This document shows, in pieces, positions 7,408 through 15,223 of a stretch of DNA of 64,000 nt; within the stretch, counting starts at the first letter, position 1, and the number at the start of each line of letters is the position of its first letter. The position numbers and the translations under genes were made by a program. The DNA is from a virus (lineage: Duplodnaviria; Heunggongvirae; Uroviricota; Caudoviricetes). The notes below the pieces were generated by a model that did not search any database, was not told where the DNA came from, and saw only the letters and a program-made list of their open reading frames with translations. Where the stretch lies: the IMG/VR virus record IMGVR_UViG_3300035501_000524, one strand, 5' to 3'.

Positions 7408-7848
7408 TCAGAAGCTTCTGAGAATTTCCATGATGTTCTGAACATCGAAAGCATTTGCGCCCCATTCTGTTCTGTTTCTTTCTTCATCATCAAACAGGAA
7501 ACCTGTTCTGTCAGATACTACCGAACTTTTTGGTGTTCCATAAGTGACAATTTTGATTTCATCCCATTCAATACTCGGAAGATGTTTAGCAAGCCATTTC
7601 AGCTTTGTTGCGGTAACTTCTGCATTGAACTCTGGTGAACCACTCTTGGAAAGCCATGATACAATTCCGATTCTGTAACCGCTGTTCTGCAATCTGTGAA
7701 GCTGTCTTGCGAAACTTGAAAAGTTTAAAAGCGGTTTTGCAATTTCATAAGGTCTTGTGTTCGAGTTCATTAAATCTTCCAGCCATCCCTCTACTCCATA
7801 GAAGTTTGCGATTGTTCCATCCATGTCGAAATAAATTGTTCTTGTCAT
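7408..7848 (-). CDS. HAD-superfamily 5'(3')-deoxyribonucleotidase-like phosphatase, 146 aa
   Basis: N-terminal IYFDMDGTIANF (the DxDGT phosphoryl-acceptor motif of HAD and NT5C-type dNMP nucleotidases) and a later FDDEERN acidic motif. Confidence 0.5.
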   Translation of the reverse strand: MTRTIYFDMDGTIANFYGVEGWLEDLMNSNTRPYEIAKPLLNFSSFARQLHRLQNSGYRIGIVSWLSKSGSPEFNAEVTATKLKWLAKHLPSIEWDEIKIVTYGTPKSSVVSDRTGFLFDDEERNRTEWGANAFDVQNIMEILRSF

Positions 7849-7928
7849 TTTATCTACCTCTTTCTTTCTTTCTTTTGATAATATTATTATAACCTATTTT
7901 TTGGTAATTGTCAAGTATTTTCTTTTAA

Positions 7929-8048
7929 CTATTTTAAAGTTATTTTATAGCCATTAGCATCCTTTTCTACCACATACAAGAACTGATTTTCTTTTAAATA
8001 CTTTTCTGCCTTTTCAAAAGCTTCCTTAGTTGTGTACAAGATTGACAT
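7929..8048 (-). CDS. Small hypothetical protein, 39 aa (MSILYTTKEAFEKAEKYLKENQ...); not in the ORF track
   Basis: Promoter TTGACA-17-TAGAAT at about 8076-8106, RBS AAAGAGAGG, ATG at 8046-8048. Confidence 0.3.
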   Translation of the reverse strand: MSILYTTKEAFEKAEKYLKENQFLYVVEKDANGYKITLK

Positions 8049-8103
8049 TTCATTTACCTCTCTTTTAAGTTATACCTTATTCTATCACAATCTTTTTAGT
8101 TTG

Positions 8104-8718
8104 TCAAGAGGCTTTTTTAAAAGCCCCTTGAAAATAACTCTGATAAATTTTATCAGCTTCGATTAAATCAAAGTTCGTATTGATAAATCTGTCATTCTTT
8201 TTAAAAGAATTTGGATATCTTCTAATGTAAATTGAACGAAAATAGCTTTCTAACCCCTCTGCCGGAAAATCCATACAGTCATACACTCTGTGAATCACTG
8301 CCCTAACCGCGCCCATCTTTTTGTAAGTATCACTGTTTAATTCCTCTGTTAATCTTTTTCTAATTTCTCTAGTCGTAGTTCCAACTTTTGAACACAATAC
8401 GTTGTCATTATCATCGAAAAAGGTAAATAGATAACATTTTTGTTTTGCTTCATCCAGAAGTGATGGACAGTCAGAAGAAACTAGAATCTTTTCAGTATTT
8501 TTTGTTTTTCTTTTGGTTTCAATCTGACTAATTTCTTTTACCGCATTCTCGAAGGGGTCAAGAATATATTTTTTTGCTAACTCTTTGCAGTGTTCAAAAA
8601 TTGTCTTGCAAACTTCAAACCATTTCTTCTTCCAGTTCTTTGAAGTGTTTTCAAGTCTTTCTTTTGCGCCTTCAAAATCATCATTTTTTACATACCAATC
8701 CATTGATTTATTTGCCAT
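8104..8718 (-). CDS. Hypothetical early protein, about 204 aa (start at MANKSMDWYV)
   Basis: The conserved leader is translated as KERKKEM at the front of the track ORF. Promoter at about 8740-8775. Confidence 0.5.
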   Translation of the reverse strand: MANKSMDWYVKNDDFEGAKERLENTSKNWKKKWFEVCKTIFEHCKELAKKYILDPFENAVKEISQIETKRKTKNTEKILVSSDCPSLLDEAKQKCYLFTFFDDNDNVLCSKVGTTTREIRKRLTEELNSDTYKKMGAVRAVIHRVYDCMDFPAEGLESYFRSIYIRRYPNSFKKNDRFINTNFDLIEADKIYQSYFQGAFKKAS

Positions 8719-8786
8719 TTCTTTTTTCCTCTCTTTCATTTGATAATGTTATTATAGCACCGAACGTGCGGTTTGTCAACACTTTT

Positions 8787-8990
8787 TTATTTATTTACGA
8801 TTTTGTCAAGTAAAATTCCCAGATAGTATTCTGTAAAGGTACATGGACGCATTACAAAATCTTCTTTATTCCATTTATCATACTTAAGCGCCATTTTATT
8901 AAGCATCTGCTGTTTATTCCGAATTGGATATTTTGATTTAATAAAATAATTATTTGAATCCCCAGTAATTTTGACTAATCCGTAATACAT
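8787..8990 (-). CDS. Hypothetical small protein, about 67 aa (start at MYYGLVKITG)
   Basis: RBS GAAAGAGAGG before the ATG at 8988-8990. TTGACAGG at 9045-9052 (rc) serves as the -35. Confidence 0.4.
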   Translation of the reverse strand: MYYGLVKITGDSNNYFIKSKYPIRNKQQMLNKMALKYDKWNKEDFVMRPCTFTEYYLGILLDKIVNK

Positions 8991-9010
8991 TCTGTTTACC
9001 TCTCTTTCTA

Positions 9011-9199
9011 TCAATTATTATACTCTAACTCTTTCAACCTGTCAAGAGTTTTTTCAATATTTTTCTGATATTTATGTGTTCGATTCTCTCGACACCATTC
9101 ACATGAGCCATGATTCCGACATTGACAATCAATTGCCTTTGCTCCTCTATACATTTTTCTATGTTCTTTTCCGCTCATTATTGCCTTTTCCATGCTCAT
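9011..9199 (-). CDS. Small Cys-rich zinc-ribbon-like protein, about 62 aa (CQCRNHGSCEWC)
   Basis: C-x-C...C-x2-C spacing. Leader ATCAAAAGAGAGGAG before the ATG. Confidence 0.45.
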   Translation of the reverse strand: MSMEKAIMSGKEHRKMYRGAKAIDCQCRNHGSCEWCRENRTHKYQKNIEKTLDRLKELEYNN

Positions 9200-9266
9200 T
9201 GTTTTATCTCCTCTCTTTTGATACATTTATTATAACAGAAGGGGTTGAACTTGTCAACCCCTTTTT

Positions 9267-9713
9267 TTAAAATTTTTCTGTAAAAATTACATAACCTTCA
9301 CGATAACCGCCGAAACAATCATCAAATTCTTTGTCACTACCTTCAATTTCATAATCGTTAATAAGATAATTAACTAACTGATTTCTAAATTTACGAATCC
9401 ATTTTCTATCTTTTCTTGCAAATTCTTTCATTTTATTATTCCAGAGGAATGTTCTTGTATTAACTTCCAGACCATCAGAATCAAAAGTCTCACAAATTTT
9501 TGGAATGTTTCTGTCAAGAACCTCTTTAGCCTGCTCCTCAGACCACACAAGCTTTTCGCCCTGTTTCTCTTTATATTTTTCAACTACTCGATATCCAACA
9601 TAGAGAGGATACAGAATCACTCTCATAACCTTGTAGCCATTCTCATTCCACCATTCTCTAACAATGTGTTCTCTTTTTACCTGTCTTGCATTCATCATTT
9701 CCTCAAATCTCAT
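9267..9713 (-). CDS. Hypothetical early protein, 148 aa
   Basis: ORF with promoter TTGACG-17-TATAAT at about 9745-9778. Confidence 0.5.
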   Translation of the reverse strand: MRFEEMMNARQVKREHIVREWWNENGYKVMRVILYPLYVGYRVVEKYKEKQGEKLVWSEEQAKEVLDRNIPKICETFDSDGLEVNTRTFLWNNKMKEFARKDRKWIRKFRNQLVNYLINDYEIEGSDKEFDDCFGGYREGYVIFTEKF

Positions 9714-9797
9714 TTTATTTACCTCTCTTTCTATCCTTACCTTGTAAATACATTATAGCATAGGTTTGTGAGTACGTCAAGCTTTTTTTAATTTTTT

Positions 9798-9935
9798 TTA
9801 ATTCCAATCATATTCCATGGCATCCTCATAATCTATATTATGACGCTTACACCAATTTTTAAAATTTTTTACTGAACCGCTTGCAATTACTACATCAATA
9901 TATTCTTCTGTTGTTAATTCATCAATTTTTCTCAT
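9798..9935 (-). CDS. Hypothetical small protein, about 45 aa (start at MRKIDELTTEEY)
   Basis: The leader is translated as SKEREVNKM at the front of the track ORF. Confidence 0.35.
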   Translation of the reverse strand: MRKIDELTTEEYIDVVIASGSVKNFKNWCKRHNIDYEDAMEYDWN

Positions 9936-10003
9936 TTTATTTACCTCTCTTTCTTTTGATAGTATTATTATAACGCCTTTACGTTCATTTGTCAATACTT
10001 TTT

Positions 10004-10210
10004 TTAAATTAGTTGAAAACAATTCATGATGTTAACGTAACTATTGCAAGAAAATTCTCTAACTGTTTTTGATAAAAATTTCAACATGATTTTTTTAACA
10101 ATAGTTTCTGGTAGAGTTTTTATCATTTCCCTTTCAATAGTATTGTAAATTCCATTTGGTAATTCATACATCTTCATGGTGTCAAACTCTTCTATTGTCA
10201 ATAATCTCAT
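10004..10210 (-). CDS. Hypothetical small protein, about 68 aa (MRLLTIEEFDTMKMYELPNG...)
   Basis: Promoter TTGACT-17-TATAAT at about 10232-10262, leader ATCAAATAAAGGAAGAGG. Confidence 0.45.
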   Translation of the reverse strand: MRLLTIEEFDTMKMYELPNGIYNTIEREMIKTLPETIVKKIMLKFLSKTVREFSCNSYVNIMNCFQLI

Positions 10211-10379
10211 TTTCAAGTTCCTCTTCCTTTATTTGATGATATCATTATACCACCACCCATTCCAGAAGTCAAGCAAAAATTGCACAAAAATTAAGTAAAA
10301 ATTTTGGTTATTTTTTCCTATTGTGCAAAGTGACGAAATTTCGGGATTCCGACCGGAAAATATTTGTGCAATCTGCCTA

Positions 10380-10408
10380 TTGACAAAATTGCGGGGTGGT
10401 GGTATAAT
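10380..10408 (+). promoter_or_regulatory. Repeated-element copy E: plus promoter TTGACA (10380-10385), 17 bp, TATAAT (10403-10408), driving GC hairpin 10418-10445 and then the bidirectional terminator hairpin 10464-10485
   Basis: Consensus hexamers on the plus strand within the minus-strand gene block. No ORF downstream. Confidence 0.5.
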
Positions 10409-10483
10409 TGAAAATTCCGGCCGCAAGGACAGTGCGCGGCCGGTCAAAAATTGAAACAAAAAAGAGCTAATTTCTTAGCTCTT

Positions 10484-10657
10484 TCACTTAAATATCAACT
10501 TAATAATTATCACCGCAACCCAAACCACAAAGGCCAAACCCCAGGTGAATGTAATGAACACTCCGGCAAACTGAAGAACAAACAGCAAAAGCCAAAGCAA
10601 GCCCGCAGTAAATAAGAAGTCAAGTAGTAATGTAAATAATACTGTTAGTGCTAACAT
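10484..10657 (-). CDS. Small hydrophobic membrane protein, 57 aa (two predicted TM helices); not in the ORF track
   Basis: ATG at 10655-10657 after AGAGAGGAGAAAAAG. An unusually long leader of about 100 nt, GC-rich, follows the promoter at 10758-10790. Confidence 0.4.
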   Translation of the reverse strand: MLALTVLFTLLLDFLFTAGLLWLLLFVLQFAGVFITFTWGLAFVVWVAVIIIKLIFK

Positions 10658-10787
10658 GTTCTTTTTCTCCTCTCTTTTGGAGGCTGAGAGCCTTTCCTCG
10701 GCATCGCCTCGTGTTCAAGACAACACTGGTACTTTTGGCTCCCGACACCTCTTTCTTGATGATTTAATAATACCACACTTTTGGTTA

Positions 10788-11036
10788 TTAGTCAAGCCTT
10801 TTTCTTGTTCTATTTACAGATTCAAGTAAACATGCATCAGCGAAAAAATAAATCACATGAGACCATTTTAAAGATTCTTTTGCATAGACTAACAAATCTT
10901 CTTCTGTTGGATTCTCTGGAATGCCTGATTTTCTCCAAGTGTCAATACTTTCTTGGCACTCTGTATTCATTACGTATTTCTCCATCTGTTGGAGCAAATG
11001 AAGTCTTATTTCTATTATTTCTTCCTTGCTATACAT
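10788..11036 (-). CDS. Hypothetical small protein, about 82 aa (start at MYSKEEIIEIRLH); its stop codon lies inside the -35 box of the next promoter
   Basis: ATGTATAG start/stop overlap with the upstream small gene. Confidence 0.45.
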   Translation of the reverse strand: MYSKEEIIEIRLHLLQQMEKYVMNTECQESIDTWRKSGIPENPTEEDLLVYAKESLKWSHVIYFFADACLLESVNRTRKRLD

Positions 11037-11169
11037 TGCGCTCCTCCTCTTGCTTAACAATGAACTGTAATAGTTCTATTAAGTCCTTTACATCATCTAT
11101 TGTCCCTATCTCAATGGCGTGTTCGCTATCACAACCATAGAAAATTTTATTATCTTGTTCAATGTTCAT
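11029..11169 (-). CDS. Small hypothetical protein, 46 aa (MNIEQDNKIFYGCDSEHAIEIG...); not in the ORF track
   Basis: RBS AGAGAGGAGAAGG. Start overlaps the stop of the upstream gene (ATGA). Confidence 0.3.
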   Translation of the reverse strand: MNIEQDNKIFYGCDSEHAIEIGTIDDVKDLIELLQFIVKQEEERNV

Positions 11170-11309
11170 TTTTCCTTCTCCTCTCTAAGAATTTTATTAA
11201 TGAGGTTTTTGATTTCTTTTAAATCTTCCAAATCGCAGTAAACTTTGTCGCCCCAACCGCCTTTAATTGTGTATGGATAATTTTTATCGTCGCTTCTTTC
11301 GATTGTCAT
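11166..11309 (-). CDS. Small hypothetical protein, 47 aa (MTIERSDDKNYPYTIKGGWGDKVYCD...); not in the ORF track
   Basis: Promoter TTGACA-17-TACAAT at about 11340-11372, leader ATCAAAAAGAAAAGGAG. Confidence 0.3.
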   Translation of the reverse strand: MTIERSDDKNYPYTIKGGWGDKVYCDLEDLKEIKNLINKILREEKEK

Positions 11310-11384
11310 TGTATGCAACTCCTTTTCTTTTTGATAATGTTATTGTATCACAGGGGCTGACATTTGTCAACCCCTTTTTTGAAA

Positions 11385-11798
11385 TTATTTCTGACTGATG
11401 TTAAAATCATCATTTCTATCATACAGATAGTTTGACATGAAGTCTGTTTCATCACAACCATTTACCATCATCAGAGAATACTCTTTATCTCCAAAACCAT
11501 AGAGAAGCTGTCTAATTGTTTTACCCTTTGCATAAGCATAACCGCATTCCCATGCTGTCCCGCTGTCTGAATACATCCCGAAGTTGAGAACCCACACTTC
11601 ATCAGCTTTGTCGATTGCGTCAACATCCTGCTGGAAAACCTTCCTACCCCATGTTGCATTGTCTAAATCCCACGCATTTTCAATTTCATGTTCTATTGGA
11701 GCGTAAACTTCCAAACCTTGCGCGCGCATCTTCTGGAGAATTTGAACATACATTACTCTTTCATTATTTTTGAACCATGGACTTGCTAAATAAATCAT
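11385..11798 (-). CDS. Nucleoside 2-deoxyribosyltransferase-like protein (NDT/RCL family), about 138 aa
   Basis: N-terminal MIYLASPWF, matching the IY.AGPWF motif of the NDT family, plus a later D.D..D...G..SDSGTAWECGYAYAKGK block resembling the family's catalytic-Glu region. Confidence 0.55.
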   Translation of the reverse strand: MIYLASPWFKNNERVMYVQILQKMRAQGLEVYAPIEHEIENAWDLDNATWGRKVFQQDVDAIDKADEVWVLNFGMYSDSGTAWECGYAYAKGKTIRQLLYGFGDKEYSLMMVNGCDETDFMSNYLYDRNDDFNISQK

Positions 11799-11987
11799 TG
11801 TATCAACCTCTTTCTTTTTTGATAATATTATAATATCATATTTTTTGGTAATTGTCAATAGTTATTTTTCACGTTTTAGGTTTGGACTTAATGCCCAAAC
11901 CTAATGTAGTGATTCATCCAGTTTTCGCTGAACTGCTCTTTGAACTCTTCCGCATACTCTGTATTATAACCCCTTCTGGGGCTTTTG

Positions 11988-12170
11988 TCAAGCCCCTTTT
12001 TCAAGAACTTTTATTAAATCTTCCTTTACGCAAAAGGTTCTTTTATCTCTCTTAACTGAAAAAGGACAGTTCATACAACCAATTCCAATACAGTTAGGCT
12101 CAATTAAAAGTTCGATTGCCTTAATCTCTTCTTCGTCCAGAAGTCCCCTTTTAACAACAACAGTTTTCAT
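11988..12170 (-). CDS. Small Cys-rich protein, about 60 aa (CIGIGCMNCPF...C)
   Basis: Leader AAAAGAGAGGAATTAAAAAG before the ATG at 12168-12170. Confidence 0.4.
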   Translation of the reverse strand: MKTVVVKRGLLDEEEIKAIELLIEPNCIGIGCMNCPFSVKRDKRTFCVKEDLIKVLEKGA

Positions 12171-12241
12171 CTTTTTAATTCCTCTCTTTCTTTTGATGTA
12201 TTTATTATAGCATGAAGGTTGACGTTTATCAACCCCCAATT

Positions 12242-12394
12242 TTAATCATCCTCTGTTTCCCAATATTCATCATCTTCATCCCAGAATGCCGCGAAATCAT
12301 CACATTCTTCTATTGGATTATCAATTCCGCAAGTTCCATCTTTCTTCCAGTGGGGACAATCCCAACCATTAACAGGACAATACACTTTCTTCAT
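12242..12394 (-). CDS. Small Cys-rich protein with acidic tail, 50 aa, family C (NGWDCPHWKKDGTCG...EECDDF...DDEYWETEDD); not in the ORF track
   Basis: Promoter TTGACA-17-TATAAT at about 12420-12455. Shares the WDCP...G.C...acidic-tail pattern with 169..309. Confidence 0.4.
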   Translation of the reverse strand: MKKVYCPVNGWDCPHWKKDGTCGIDNPIEECDDFAAFWDEDDEYWETEDD

Positions 12395-12463
12395 TTTTAT
12401 CAATTCCTTTCTTCTTTTGATATTATCATTATAACATGGATTGACTTAATTGTCAACAAGAAA

Positions 12464-12937
12464 TTATAATTTCTTGTTGATTTCTGTTACATTGTATTTC
12501 ACATGATATTTCTGCAAAATATCTTTGATGATAGCACTTTCTTCTCTGGTCTTACTGAAAATGTCGATGTTGTAATAGGTTTCATCTTTGTAAACTACTT
12601 CACCACAAGTATAACTAACTGAGAATGGTTCTAACTTGTTGACTAACTCTTTATCTTTTGAAGTAACTGAGATTTTCCACAAACAATCTTTCTTGCATTT
12701 TTCCATGAGCCAAATTGACGCATACACACCAATTAAATTAGTTAAGATGGTTACCGTAACAGTGATACCTAAGTCAAGACTAGCTAACTGTTTAACCACA
12801 ACCGCGTAGAATCCGTAGGACAGTGCGTTGATTGCCGCCGCGGTCTTTTTACCTGCGCGCACGGTTAAGATTGATTTCATTGTTGACAGCATTACATTGA
12901 TTAAACTACATGTAAAAAATATTATAATTGCTTGCAT
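12464..12937 (-). CDS. Membrane protein, about 157 aa: N-terminal transmembrane segments and a C-terminal soluble domain
   Basis: Start at MQAIIIFF after GAGAGAGGAG. The hydrophobic N-terminal half is read directly from the translation. Confidence 0.5.
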   Translation of the reverse strand: MQAIIIFFTCSLINVMLSTMKSILTVRAGKKTAAAINALSYGFYAVVVKQLASLDLGITVTVTILTNLIGVYASIWLMEKCKKDCLWKISVTSKDKELVNKLEPFSVSYTCGEVVYKDETYYNIDIFSKTREESAIIKDILQKYHVKYNVTEINKKL

Positions 12938-13008
12938 TTCTTTTATTCTCCTCTCTCTTGGAACTATAATTATTATACCCCGAAAGGGGTTATTTGTCAA
13001 CCCCTATT

Positions 13009-13386
13009 TCATTTATTTCTTAACATTTTAATTTCATTTTTGATTGCATTAATAGCTTCTTCACATTCAGCGATTTTCTTTTTCTTAGTTGTTTCTTTCA
13101 TTGTTTTACTTGCATAGATTCTATTTTCTTCTGCAAACCATCTATTCAGACTACGCGTTTTGAATTCAATAGTTCTCTTCTGAGAAGCTAATTCCCTTGC
13201 CTTTTTCTCTTCTTTGTTGTCGCCTCTAACCTCTACGATTTCTACCATTGCTACAGTTGCAATTCCATTTTCATTTGTTGAGATGGTTTTAAAATAATCT
13301 CCTACGTGATATTTTTTAGCTTCTTTATTAGAAATAGTTGCTACTACGTATTCTTCATGACCATTTCTTGCGATAATCTCTTTCAT
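13009..13386 (-). CDS. Hypothetical early protein, 125 aa, Lys-rich C-terminus
   Basis: ORF with promoter TTGACA-17-TATAAT at about 13430-13465. Confidence 0.5.
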   Translation of the reverse strand: MKEIIARNGHEEYVVATISNKEAKKYHVGDYFKTISTNENGIATVAMVEIVEVRGDNKEEKKARELASQKRTIEFKTRSLNRWFAEENRIYASKTMKETTKKKKIAECEEAINAIKNEIKMLRNK

Positions 13387-13482
13387 TTTATTCCACCAAA
13401 TCCCTTTAGGATTTCCCTTTCTTTATTATGTAATTATTATACCATGGGGCTGACCTTTTGTCAACCCCTTTTGGAAAATTTT

Positions 13483-13908
13483 TTAAAATAATTTCGCAAT
13501 ACCTCTGTCTCTCAGATACTCACACAACTCCTCAGCAGAAAGCACCTCAGCAAGCTTTTTAATCTTCAAGCTTCTCTCTTCCTCATAGACTACCTTGACG
13601 CCAAGAGATTTGAACTGTTTCTCTGTACAGGTTTCAACCATTTCTGGATACTTAGGAACTGTAAAACGCAGAAGAGGTTTTTTCTTAAAGAATGTTTTAC
13701 CTATCTCAGCGTTCATGATTATTCCGCTCTCTACAATCTCCTTAGCATCTTCAAAGCTAGTAATTTCATCAATTTCAAAGCTTCGTTCTTTGGCTTCTTC
13801 TTCCTCTAGATAGAAATAATGGTTATAGATGTTAGTTGGCATCCAGTTCTTCTCTCCATTAAGTTTAATGTATGTGCTATGGCTGTAAATCTTCTTCATT
13901 ATCATCAT
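13483..13908 (-). CDS. Hypothetical early protein, about 140 aa; exact start uncertain because of the MMIMKK cluster
   Basis: Promoter TTGACA-17-TACAAT at about 13930-13965. Confidence 0.45.
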   Translation of the reverse strand: MMIMKKIYSHSTYIKLNGEKNWMPTNIYNHYFYLEEEEAKERSFEIDEITSFEDAKEIVESGIIMNAEIGKTFFKKKPLLRFTVPKYPEMVETCTEKQFKSLGVKVVYEEERSLKIKKLAEVLSAEELCEYLRDRGIAKLF

Positions 13909-14081
13909 GCCCTTTCTTATCTCTTTTGATGATACTATTGTATCACACATAGCTTACTTTGTCAACGTCTTTTTTCACAAAAATAACAAGCTGTTTTTGT
14001 GCAAGTTTCACTGTGTTAAATTTTTAACGATCTTGCCCCTGCGGTCCGAACGTAGAAAAAAGAAAAGGCGGATTTCCCGCC

Positions 14082-14300
14082 TTATTCTTCCTCTTCTTCT
14101 TCCCACCCATCATCAAGCAAGCTAAACATCAACCTGTCAAGCAGGTCTTCAAGCTGAACACAAACCACGCTGAAACCAAGTCCGCAAAGACCACCTACCA
14201 AAAGAGACCAAATAGACAAGCCTGCGTAACCCCATGCAAGACCAGCTCCCAGAAGTACACAAATAACAGCCGTAATTTCAAACCTTGTTTTTTCGTTCAT
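14082..14300 (-). CDS. Small membrane protein, 72 aa: two predicted TM helices and an EEEEE tail
   Basis: Promoter at about 14352-14386 and a purine-rich (AAAAG)n leader. Confidence 0.5.
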   Translation of the reverse strand: MNEKTRFEITAVICVLLGAGLAWGYAGLSIWSLLVGGLCGLGFSVVCVQLEDLLDRLMFSLLDDGWEEEEEE

Positions 14301-14375
14301 TTCTTTTTCCTCTTTTCTTTCTTTTCTTTTCTTTTCTTTTTTACATTATTATAATATCATATTTTTTGGTAATTG

Positions 14376-14576
14376 TCAATACCTTTTTTCACGTCTTGTT
14401 ACAAGAACTTTATTCCCGTCTATCTCCTGAATACATACCTCATTTAAAGCCCCTGTATAGTGTATAGCTAATAGGGTATCTTCAGCAGACAGGGTGTGAT
14501 TCTCTGCTAGTGTATCTCCTGTATCTGTATCTATTAGTCTTTCCCAGTCTTCACTCTTAATTAGTGTTACTCTCAT
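14376..14576 (-). CDS. Hypothetical small protein, about 66 aa (start at MRVTLIKSEDWERL)
   Basis: ORF in a compositionally less AT-rich segment. Confidence 0.35.
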   Translation of the reverse strand: MRVTLIKSEDWERLIDTDTGDTLAENHTLSAEDTLLAIHYTGALNEVCIQEIDGNKVLVTRREKRY

Positions 14577-14632
14577 AGTATCATCCTTTCTTTGGCTTGC
14601 TATCATTGTGATAGCAAGCCTTTATCGCTTGC

Positions 14633-14896
14633 TTAGTGTGCATTGATGTATGTCACTATCTCATCATCTGTTATGTCCTCTGTGCCCAGGCTGTCCATGA
14701 CCAGTGTTACCCTGTCGCCCATGCTCATAGCTACATCTTCCATCACCCAGAGATAACCATCTGTATCTTCCAGCCCTACATACTGTACACCATCATACTC
14801 ATTGACCTCATACACTACAGCCTTCACTGTGTACATGTCTGTCTGTGCTGTGCTACCTGCCATCATCATTGCCATTGCTAATACCATTGCTTTCAT
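14633..14896 (-). CDS. Small secreted protein, about 87 aa, with a predicted signal peptide (MKAMVLAMAMMMAGSTAQTD)
   Basis: Hydrophobic N-terminus followed by A.T. Promoter TAGACA-17-TATAAT at about 14912-14945, overlapped by a perfect 15-bp inverted repeat. Confidence 0.45.
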   Translation of the reverse strand: MKAMVLAMAMMMAGSTAQTDMYTVKAVVYEVNEYDGVQYVGLEDTDGYLWVMEDVAMSMGDRVTLVMDSLGTEDITDDEIVTYINAH

Positions 14897-14968
14897 CATC
14901 GTCTATCGACTCCTTTCTTTCCTTACCTTGTAAACACATTATAGCACACACACTGCTCCCTGTCTACT

Positions 14969-15012
14969 GGCAGATTGCACAAACTTCATCATACATCTTT
15001 GTGCAATCTGCC
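14969..15012. promoter_or_regulatory. Perfect 15-bp inverted repeat GGCAGATTGCACAAA-N14-TTTGTGCAATCTGCC; operator-like, made of TTGCACAAA half-sites
   Basis: Read directly. It sits between the minus promoter of 14633..14896 and a plus-strand TTGACA-17-TATAGG promoter at 15015-15043. Confidence 0.5.
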
Positions 15013-15049
15013 TATTGACACTCACTAATTACAACATTATAGGAATGTG

Positions 15050-15223
15050 ATGATTAGCAAGCGTGCATGCCTCTTGGATCGAGAAATATTGAGCCGTCAC
15101 GTCAATCGAAAATTCGGTCCATCTCCTGCGTCAATGGCCCGGTGCGCAGCGCTCGCGCGACACGCCTCTCAGAAAACGCGACAATACGTTTTAGACATTT
15201 TTTCCGAGATAGTTTTGAAATAA
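15050..15223 (+). CDS. Candidate 57-aa basic protein on the opposite strand inside a GC-rich island (MISKRACLLDREILSRHVNRKFGPSPASMARCAALARHASQKTRQYVLDIFSEIVLK)
   Basis: Plus-strand promoter TTGACA (15015-15020), 17 bp, TATAGG (15038-15043). AGGA is 5 nt before the ATG. GC content is much higher than the surrounding phage sequence. Low confidence; the region could instead be a non-coding RNA. Confidence 0.2.
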   Translation: MISKRACLLDREILSRHVNRKFGPSPASMARCAALARHASQKTRQYVLDIFSEIVLK

